This document shows, in pieces, positions 27,027 to 34,625 of a DNA stretch of 62,831 nt. Both the position numbers and the translations under genes were made by a program. How positions within the stretch are numbered: position 1 is the first letter of the stretch; every line of letters starts with the position of its first letter. The DNA comes from an uncultured Candidatus Saccharibacteria bacterium (GTDB taxonomy: Bacteria > Patescibacteriota > Doudnabacteria > UBA920), in the NCBI GenBank assembly GCA_964505635.1, contig CAZDIP010000005.1, forward strand, positions 793-63,623, in the 5' to 3' direction. The notes below the pieces were generated by a model that was not told where the DNA came from, made no database searches, and worked only from the letters and a program-made list of their open reading frames with translations.

Positions 27027-27989
27027 TTAAGGATAAATATAACCTTTAATAGCTTTGCTGGTTTTGGAAATAGTACGTTTATTGATTTTGCCGAATTTTT
27101 CATAGTTCATTTCCGAGACCACAAAGCTGTTTTCAGAAACAGACTCAATAAAGGCAACGTGTCCGTATTTGCTTTCATTGGTAACAACCACAGCTCCGGG
27201 CACTGGTACTTTTCCGGTTTGAATTCCAAAACCCTGGGCATTTTTTAGCCAAAGTTTGGCATTACCGCCAAAAGGTATGTGGACTTTGGTGGCAACGTAC
27301 CAGGTGCAATAGCCCCATGGGAATATATGGCCGGTGCCATTGTTAACTATTTTTGGTTTTATAACGCCTTCCGGTTTAACCTTGCCGTCGTTGGTATTTC
27401 TGGGAGTTGGTTTTGGGGCTGGCTGCGGCATTATTCCACCGGGCAGAATAATAATCTGTCCTTCTTCAAAAGCCTCGGCATCGGCCAAGCCATTGTATGC
27501 GATAATCGTTTCCAGGCTCACTTTATATTTTTTTGCTAAGTCAGGCAGGGTTGTATTGCTGTTCGCTGTAACAATAATCCCGTCGGTCGGAGGTATTAAA
27601 AGTTGCCAGCCCGGTTTAATTTGGGTGCCGGGTAATTTATTTGCCCAAATAATGGTATTGGTACTAAGGCCAAAGTTTGCAGCTATGCTTTTTAAGGTAT
27701 CCCCGGATTTGGTTTCGTAGACTTTAATTTGTTTTGCTATCAACCCTGAAATACTGTCGGGATTTGGTTTGACTATTGCTTCACTTGAAAAAACCAGCCC
27801 GTTATCATCTTCGCCGTCTTGCTTAATTATGCCGTTGACGCTTAAACCCTCAAAATTATCGGCTCGTGCTTGAGCAATTAAGCCCTGATTAGCAACGGTC
27901 GTAAGAATGCTGGTATTTTTTGCATAAAGTTTGGGATTTAACTGAGGATGCATTGAAAGCAGCCTGGACATGTGACTGTTGTCACCCAA
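27027..27989 (-). CDS. peptidoglycan hydrolase with two LysM repeats and a C-terminal CHAP domain
   Basis: LysM repeats: GDTLKSIAANFGLSTNTIIWANKL and TLPDLAKKYKVSLETIIAYNGL. CHAP: FPWGYCTWYVA ... GHVAFIESV. The track start is TTG, and the true N-terminus is probably further upstream (see findings). Confidence 0.85.
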   Translation of the reverse strand: MGDNSHMSRLLSMHPQLNPKLYAKNTSILTTVANQGLIAQARADNFEGLSVNGIIKQDGEDDNGLVFSSEAIVKPNPDSISGLIAKQIKVYETKSGDTLKSIAANFGLSTNTIIWANKLPGTQIKPGWQLLIPPTDGIIVTANSNTTLPDLAKKYKVSLETIIAYNGLADAEAFEEGQIIILPGGIMPQPAPKPTPRNTNDGKVKPEGVIKPKIVNNGTGHIFPWGYCTWYVATKVHIPFGGNAKLWLKNAQGFGIQTGKVPVPGAVVVTNESKYGHVAFIESVSENSFVVSEMNYEKFGKINKRTISKTSKAIKGYIYP

Positions 27990-28525
27990 AACCTGGCTAG
28001 AATTTATTTTTGAGAGAGTGAAAAAATAAAAATTAATCCCAGCAACTGAGAGGGTTAAGATAACCAGCAGAAGTTCGCTGGAAAATTTAATACAATAATC
28101 GTACCAGGCAAGTGTTTTTAAATTGGTCGCCGGAAACGAATTTAAGTGAAGTTTTTTAATTAAAGGCAGGCTTTTTTTTAAAATAAAGGCGACTTTTAAA
28201 TTGTAGTATTTGCCTAGTAGTATTATTTTTAGGCAAGTTGCCTTAACTAATCTTTGCCAGGAAATAATTTTTTTGATATACGCCTCGTACTCCGTAAGTT
28301 AAGCAAAATATTTCGGTAATATGCCTCAGTAATATTTTTTCTTAAAATGCGGTTAATTGCTGTTGTAAACAAACTAGATATTTTAACTAACAATAATTTT
28401 ATCAAGTTACTACCAGGTGAGCAATAATTTAATCAGTAAAATTATCATTTTTTCCTATATTTAAAAGGATTAATATTTTAAACCGCTTAAAAAAGATAAA
28501 ATTATAAGTATGCTATAATTATTGG

Positions 28526-30760
28526 GTGATTAACCTTTCTTCTTTAAACGAAAAACAAAAACAAGCAGTAACCGCGCCAATGGGCGCGGTTTTAGTGCTG
28601 GCCGGACCTGGTAGCGGCAAAACCAAAACTTTAACCAGCCGCATTGCCTATATTATAGAGAAGCGCATGGTTCACCCTTTAAATATTTTGGCTTTAACCT
28701 TTACTAACAAAGCGGCCAAAGAGATGCGCGAGAGGGTTTCTAAGCTTTTGGCAAGAATGCCGGGAGCAAGCGACAAGCTAACCATGGGAACCTTTCATTC
28801 GGTTTGCGTCAGGATTCTGCGAAAGGAAATTACCCATTTAGGCTATGCCAATGATTTTGTAATTTTTGACAGTGACGACCAGCAAAAAGTTTTAAAAGAT
28901 ATTTTAGAAGAATTACGGATAGACACCAAGCGTTTGCCGGCTTCTTTGTTTTCGGCTTTAATTTCCCGGGCAAAAAATTTGCTGCAACTGCCTTCACAGT
29001 TAAACATAGGCATTGAGTCGCCTTTGGCCGAACAATTAGCCGAAGTTTACGCGCGCTATCAGGACAGTTTATATAAACAAAACGGCGTGGACTTTGACGA
29101 TTTGCTTATGCTGACCGTAAAATTGTTTGAAAATTTCCCAAAAGTTTTAAAAAAATACCAGGAGCAGTTTAAATATGTGTTGGTGGACGAGTATCAGGAT
29201 ACAAACCCGGCGCAGTACGCGCTTTTAAGGCTTCTGACCGAACACCACAATGTGTTTGTGGTGGGCGACGATGCCCAGAGTATTTATGGGTTTAGGGGCA
29301 GCGACATCCGTAATATTTTAAGCTTTGAACAGGATTTTCCCGAAAGTTTAATAATCAAACTTGAGCAAAATTATCGCTCAAGCAAAAATATTTTGGAAGC
29401 CGCTCAAAAAGTTATTGAATTAAACCCGGAGCAGCGCCAAAAAACTTTATGGACGCAAAATTCGCAAGGAGAGAAAATTACGCTTTTTGAGGCAGAGAAC
29501 GAAAGGGCGGAAGCGGAATTTGTGGCAAAAAAAATTATTCAGTTGGCCAGCGGGGAAAAGGTAGAAGAGCTGGAATATCATCTCGAGGAAGATGCGGATG
29601 TAAAAGGCATGTCTATATTAGACAGGTTTTTAAAAGCACGCAAAATGTACGGCAGCGCGTCTTTAAAAAGTTTCCGTCCTTCTCTGCTGCCCCAAATGCC
29701 AAAAAAACACGATTCTTTAAAAGAGTTTTGTATTTTGTACCGAACCCACGCCCAAAGCCGAGCTATTGAAGAAGTGTTAATAGAAAGCGGCATCCCTTAT
29801 GTTATTGTTGGGGGCTTGAAATTTTATGAAAGAAAAGAAATTAAAGATATGCTTAGTTATTTGCGAGTATGCATAAATTTTCGGGACTTAGTTTCGTTAA
29901 AAAGGGTTATAAACGAGCCGGCTCGGGGGATTGGGGAGAAATCATATCAGATAATTAGGGACTTTATTTTAGATTTTAGACCAAATAATGAAAATATTTC
30001 CATTCAGAGTCCGAGTGTTTCCGAGGACGAAGAATCCCTTTCCAATCCGAAAACAAGGGATTCCTCGCAAAGCCTCGGAATGGTTAAGGATTTTCGCATT
30101 AAGCTTTCAGAAATAAAACTTCCGCCCAAGCAGTGGCAAAGCTGCCAGGAATTTTTTGAAAGTTTGGACGAAATTATAAATACTACTGAAGAAGCCGATT
30201 TAACATCTATAATAAGGAAAATTGGCAAACGCACAGGCTATGAACGCTCTGTTAGGGACGGAAGCGAGCAAGGGGAGAACAGATGGGAAAACGTGGAAGA
30301 ATTAATGACTGTGGGAAATAAGTTTAAAAATATGCCATGGCGCGAAGGGGCGACCGCGCTTTTAGAAGAAGTGGCGCTTTTGTCAGAAATTGACCAAAAG
30401 GATGAAAACAAAGACGCAGTTACTTTAATGACGCTTCATTCCGCTAAAGGCCTTGAGTTCGACAATGTATTTTTTGTGGGCCTAGAAGAAGGCATATTGC
30501 CTCATTCGCGTTCATTAATTGAGACCAACCAGCTTTCCGAAGAAATTAGGCTTGCTTATGTTGGGTTGACTCGGGCCAGAAAAAGATTATATTTAGTTTA
30601 TGCTGCCACAAGGAGAATTTACGGCGACACTAGGGTTTCGCAACCATCTAGAATATTGAAAGTCTTGCCGAAAGATGTAGTAGAATTTATGGGCGTAAGC
30701 AAAGATTTTTTTGGCGATAGCGAGGAAGGGGAGCTGATTGTGGAAAAAATGGATTTTTAA
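28526..30760 (+). CDS. UvrD/PcrA-type ATP-dependent DNA helicase
   Basis: LNEKQKQAVTAP, AGPGSGKTKTLT (Walker A), VDEYQDTN, TLHSAKGLEFD and YVGLTRARKRLYL. Confidence 0.93.
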   Translation: MINLSSLNEKQKQAVTAPMGAVLVLAGPGSGKTKTLTSRIAYIIEKRMVHPLNILALTFTNKAAKEMRERVSKLLARMPGASDKLTMGTFHSVCVRILRKEITHLGYANDFVIFDSDDQQKVLKDILEELRIDTKRLPASLFSALISRAKNLLQLPSQLNIGIESPLAEQLAEVYARYQDSLYKQNGVDFDDLLMLTVKLFENFPKVLKKYQEQFKYVLVDEYQDTNPAQYALLRLLTEHHNVFVVGDDAQSIYGFRGSDIRNILSFEQDFPESLIIKLEQNYRSSKNILEAAQKVIELNPEQRQKTLWTQNSQGEKITLFEAENERAEAEFVAKKIIQLASGEKVEELEYHLEEDADVKGMSILDRFLKARKMYGSASLKSFRPSLLPQMPKKHDSLKEFCILYRTHAQSRAIEEVLIESGIPYVIVGGLKFYERKEIKDMLSYLRVCINFRDLVSLKRVINEPARGIGEKSYQIIRDFILDFRPNNENISIQSPSVSEDEESLSNPKTRDSSQSLGMVKDFRIKLSEIKLPPKQWQSCQEFFESLDEIINTTEEADLTSIIRKIGKRTGYERSVRDGSEQGENRWENVEELMTVGNKFKNMPWREGATALLEEVALLSEIDQKDENKDAVTLMTLHSAKGLEFDNVFFVGLEEGILPHSRSLIETNQLSEEIRLAYVGLTRARKRLYLVYAATRRIYGDTRVSQPSRILKVLPKDVVEFMGVSKDFFGDSEEGELIVEKMDF

Positions 30761-30764
30761 AAGG

Positions 30765-30985
30765 GTGGCGGCGGGATACTGGTTCCCGCCGCCGCCATGG
30801 AATTTATTTACGCTTACGATACAGACTGACTTCTGAGGGCGTCGCGTATCTCCATGGATGGTTAAGGGCATGCAAACTGCACCCCACGGTCATCACAGAT
30901 CATGTTCCGCACCCATAGATCTGCAATTTGCCTCCTTCTCCATTTGTTTGGCATGTTGGGCAGGGGTCGCCTGCCCGTTTACTAT
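30765..30985. ncRNA. candidate structured RNA or leader in a GC-enriched spacer; orientation unresolved
   Basis: A 12-bp GC hairpin lies at 30764-30796, with a T-run only on the minus strand. A second hairpin, GGGCAGG-ggtcg-CCTGCCC, lies at 30958-30976 and is followed by GTTTACTAT on plus. Confidence 0.35.
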
Positions 30986-31034
30986 CGGACAAAGTAGGTT
31001 TTCGCTCCATAGAAAGTATATTAAAATAAATAGC

Positions 31035-31931
31035 ATGGAAATTCAAGGTCTAAAAAATTTATTGCGCAATAACAAAATTAAGCCCAATTTTACTTACGGC
31101 CAGAATTTTTTAATGGACGACGAGATTTTAAACGAAGTTGTAAAAGCAGCCGGTGTAAGACCGGAAGACTTGGTAGTCGAGATTGGACCCGGGATTGGCA
31201 ATTTAACCAGACAGCTTTGCGAAAAGGCCGGGTTTGTTTTGTCTATAGAAAAAGATCCGCAGTTTCAGCAAATTTTGTATAACATAAAAAAAGACTATCG
31301 CGAAAATTTTAGGTACGAAATCGCCGATGCCTTAACTTTTGATTTTGAAAGTGCAATAGCAAACCGATCCGAACAATCCGAATTAAATCCGAATGCCCCG
31401 AATTCGGAGCATTCGGATAGAGTTCGTAGGTTAGGATCGGAATATAAAGTGGTTGCTAATATCCCGTATTATATAACTGGAAAAATTTTGCAGCTGTTCC
31501 TAAATGCAAAAAATAAACCTAGCAGCATTACTGTCTTAACCCAAAAAGAAGTCGCGGAGAACGTAACTGCCGCAGCAGGGGACTTAAGCGTACTGGCAAT
31601 TTCGGTCCAACTTTATGGCAAGCCTTCAATTGTAAAAATTGTGCCGGCCAAAAGTTTTTATCCGACGCCAAAAGTTGACAGCGCGATTTTGCATATAGAA
31701 CTTTTTAAAAAACCAAAATATAAAATTACAGACGAAAAAAAGTTTTTTAAAATTGTTAAAGCTTGCTTTATGGGAAAAAGAAAACAAATTCATAATACCT
31801 TAGTCAGTAATCTTAGATTGCCGAAGGAAAATGTTTTGCAAATTCTGTCTGAATTGAAAATAGCCCCAAGTTCCAGACCACAGGAATTAAAAATCGAGGA
31901 TTGGATTAAGTTATCTGAAAAGCTGTCCTAA
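31035..31931 (+). CDS. rsmA: 16S rRNA (adenine1518/1519-N6)-dimethyltransferase RsmA/KsgA
   Basis: YGQNFLMDDEIL, VVEIGPGIGNLT (SAM motif) and VVANIPYYIT. The start is taken at MEIQGLKN; the track start at 30858 runs through the GC-rich spacer. Confidence 0.92.
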   Translation: MEIQGLKNLLRNNKIKPNFTYGQNFLMDDEILNEVVKAAGVRPEDLVVEIGPGIGNLTRQLCEKAGFVLSIEKDPQFQQILYNIKKDYRENFRYEIADALTFDFESAIANRSEQSELNPNAPNSEHSDRVRRLGSEYKVVANIPYYITGKILQLFLNAKNKPSSITVLTQKEVAENVTAAAGDLSVLAISVQLYGKPSIVKIVPAKSFYPTPKVDSAILHIELFKKPKYKITDEKKFFKIVKACFMGKRKQIHNTLVSNLRLPKENVLQILSELKIAPSSRPQELKIEDWIKLSEKLS

Positions 31932-31957
31932 AGCCCGGGTTAAAATAATTAGAAATT

Positions 31958-32449
31958 TTAAAAACTTATCTCATCTCCAATTATAATAATATTTTTTTTG
32001 CTCCATCCGGCGTTAACTTCTAAAACCATATCGACATCTGTTGGCGGGGAGTAGGTAGGCAAATGTTCAAAAGAATTATTGGGAGCTGGAACATCGTGGG
32101 TTATTCCAACGATTTTTTTATTTGCGATCCAAATTATGTCTAAATTAAAACTCATATCTTTCATCCAAAAAATGGGGCGTCCAAAACTTTTAAAATCAAA
32201 AAGCATTCCCTCGGTGTCAGATAGTTGTCTTCGTCCGGACAACCCTTTTTCCATATCGGAGTTGTTACTTACAACTTCCACAAAAATTTTTTTGTTTCCT
32301 AGGGTTAGCGGGGTATTATAGGGCGAGCTTGTATTATTTTGTACCGGAGGGGGAGCATTAAGGCATCCGGAGGATAAAAATAATAAGATAAAAAAGAAGG
32401 TAATTCGTAAAAAAAAGTTAGGTAAGAGTTTGCTATTGCAATTTTTCAT
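31958..32449 (-). CDS. DUF192 (COG1430) domain protein with signal peptide
   Basis: GLSGRRQLSDTEGMLFDF ... IFWMKDMSFNLDIIWI block. Confidence 0.75.
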   Translation of the reverse strand: MKNCNSKLLPNFFLRITFFFILLFLSSGCLNAPPPVQNNTSSPYNTPLTLGNKKIFVEVVSNNSDMEKGLSGRRQLSDTEGMLFDFKSFGRPIFWMKDMSFNLDIIWIANKKIVGITHDVPAPNNSFEHLPTYSPPTDVDMVLEVNAGWSKKNIIIIGDEISF

Positions 32450-32558
32450 AATCTGTGCTATAATTATAACAGATAAAGTTAATCTTTATCGAAACAAAAA
32501 CCAAACACAACAAAATATCTTTTAGTTTTGGCTAAAATCGTCAAAACCTTTTTGTCTT

Positions 32559-33551
32559 ATGCGGAAAATTTTATTACCCCTTAATTCAGGAAAATTTGCT
32601 GTCTTTCTTTTGTCGGCAGTTTTTTTTGCGGGTGCTTTTACCTTGGTTAGGGGGGGAGAGCATTATGCAAAAGCAGCCTACTACAACTCTATTGCTATTA
32701 AAACTTTGGAAGACCCCACTGTTTATATTTTGCAAAATCAATTTTATAAACTTGCACTGCCCAGCGAAAAGATATTTTTATCTTACGGTTTTAATTGGGA
32801 AGATATTAAAATCGTGTCTGCCGCTGAAATGTCTTTGTATAAGAACACCACTTATATCAGATTGGTAAATTCAAAAAGTCTTTACCGGTTGGATTCCGGC
32901 GGAAACAAAAGGCTGTTAAATTCTGATGCCCAAAATTTTCTTTCTTTATCTTCAAATAATGCATTAGTGGTGAGCAGGCTGCATTTTAATTTTTTTCAAA
33001 CAGGATTGGTTTTGACCAAGTCGGAAGCTGAAAAAGATATGCAAAACTTTTTTGTCGGGCCTATTTTGGTTCAAGGTTCCCAAAGTGAGGAGTGCGTGCC
33101 CGATGAGACAGTAGGCGGTAAGTTTGGCTGTTTGGTTTATGAAGCTTATGTTAAGAACGATGTTTCTTTATGCGAAAAAATTTATGACGACAAATGGCAA
33201 AGTTTGTGCCTAAGTTCCTTTATGCCGTCCGGCAGTGACAAATTTTCCAATTGCAAAAAAATTGCAGACGAAAATTACCGGCAAGACTGCTATATAGCAG
33301 TAGCGGTCACAGAAAAAAAATCCTCATACTGCTCGCTTTTAACGAGTGAGCAAAAAAAATCTTTATGTCTGATGAATGTGGGCATAGCGTTAAAAGATTT
33401 CAATGCGTGCAATTATGCTTCGGTAAATGAAAGAGACAAGTGTTATTTTTCTTACGCTCTGATTAATTTAGAAACCCAAGCTTGCGATAACATTGCCAAT
33501 ACCTCTGAGTTCAAGCAAAATTGTTTAAAATTTTCTAGCCAGGCGCAATAG
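32559..33551 (+). CDS. hypothetical signal-anchored protein with C-terminal Cys-pair repeats
   Basis: N-terminal TM helix (FAVFLLSAVFFAGAFTLV). The C-terminal half carries about five C-x10-11-C units. It is the first gene of the same-strand block. Confidence 0.6.
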   Translation: MRKILLPLNSGKFAVFLLSAVFFAGAFTLVRGGEHYAKAAYYNSIAIKTLEDPTVYILQNQFYKLALPSEKIFLSYGFNWEDIKIVSAAEMSLYKNTTYIRLVNSKSLYRLDSGGNKRLLNSDAQNFLSLSSNNALVVSRLHFNFFQTGLVLTKSEAEKDMQNFFVGPILVQGSQSEECVPDETVGGKFGCLVYEAYVKNDVSLCEKIYDDKWQSLCLSSFMPSGSDKFSNCKKIADENYRQDCYIAVAVTEKKSSYCSLLTSEQKKSLCLMNVGIALKDFNACNYASVNERDKCYFSYALINLETQACDNIANTSEFKQNCLKFSSQAQ

Positions 33552-33552
33552 T

Positions 33553-33888
33553 ATGAAAGCAACCTTAAAAACAAAAATTTCTTTCACAATAATTTTTGTA
33601 AGTTTGATTTTCAGCACGGCATCATTACCCAGAAAAACTTACGCTCAGGTGCTGGCCGGAGGAAGATTTTTACCAGGACTGTTCGATATTTTTACCCCCA
33701 GTCCTACCTGCGGGCTTTTGGTAAGCGTAGTAGGGCCAAGACCGGGTTTGTTTGTTTGGGCTCCCACCAGGTACAATTTTTTTAACATGACATTAAATCA
33801 TGTTGGTACGCATGTTTTAGGTAAAAGTGTAATAGCTCCGCCCTGTCCGCCGACTTTAATTCTTTATGGTTCAAGTTTAATCCCTTAA
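33553..33888 (+). CDS. hypothetical small secreted protein (111 aa)
   Basis: The signal peptide ends ...KTYAQV. The mature part is Pro/Gly-rich with 2 Cys. The start abuts the previous stop. Confidence 0.55.
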   Translation: MKATLKTKISFTIIFVSLIFSTASLPRKTYAQVLAGGRFLPGLFDIFTPSPTCGLLVSVVGPRPGLFVWAPTRYNFFNMTLNHVGTHVLGKSVIAPPCPPTLILYGSSLIP

Positions 33889-33898
33889 TAAAAAACAT

Positions 33899-34624
33899 AT
33901 GACAAATCAATCAGCTAATTCCAATCTATCTTTTAACCATTTTGCTTTAATTGCGGGAGTAGCGGTAACTTTGCTAGGGTTTTCCTGGATGAAGAACCCT
34001 GAAATTTTTTCCAGACTTTTTTCCAAAGCCGCACCCTCCAAAATAGAAGATCAGGCAAGAGTTGCTTACTACCCTTATGTGGCAAAAGAAAATTCTGAGC
34101 CTACAGTGGCGGGAGCCAGCACGCAGGCGGCTGGGCCGAGTATTTTAAATGAAGATGGGAGTTTAAGCCCGGTGTTTGATTTTGGCAGCGTGTTGGGCGT
34201 CAATACAGAACAGATTTCAGCCGATGCCGAGAGCATTAAAGTGATTACGGTGGCTGACAGTCCGGCAGGGATTGAGGATTTTATAAAGTCCTCGCAAAAG
34301 GTTGAGTCTGAGCTTATTAATGTCGTCAGTTTTGAGCAAGCTCTTTCTTCGCAGGATCAGCAGCAAATCAACCATGAGGCCGACAAGCTTTCGCAAGTTT
34401 TGGTGAGTTTAAAAACAACGCCGGTACCCGCTTCTTTTGCCAGGCTGCAAAAATTAAAAATACTTCAGTATCAGGTGGCCATACAGATGCTAAAGAATTA
34501 TACCAGCGTAGATAATAATCCCGAGCAGGCCTTAAATGATTTAGGTGTATTTATGGAAAGCCAAAAAATGATGGGGGATGAATTGGTAAGGTTAAACCAA
34601 CAATACAATTTAGAAGCCCGATAA
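33899..34624 (+). CDS. hypothetical membrane-anchored protein
   Basis: 241 aa with a TM helix (FALIAGVAVTLLGF). Tightly packed with the next gene. Confidence 0.55.
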   Translation: MTNQSANSNLSFNHFALIAGVAVTLLGFSWMKNPEIFSRLFSKAAPSKIEDQARVAYYPYVAKENSEPTVAGASTQAAGPSILNEDGSLSPVFDFGSVLGVNTEQISADAESIKVITVADSPAGIEDFIKSSQKVESELINVVSFEQALSSQDQQQINHEADKLSQVLVSLKTTPVPASFARLQKLKILQYQVAIQMLKNYTSVDNNPEQALNDLGVFMESQKMMGDELVRLNQQYNLEAR

Positions 34625-34625
34625 T

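Noticed and set aside
30858-31034. N-terminal extension of rsmA proposed by the track
   Set aside because: The canonical KsgA N-terminus begins at 31035. The extension is Cys/His-rich and overlaps two strong hairpins. It is kept only as an alternative in the finding.
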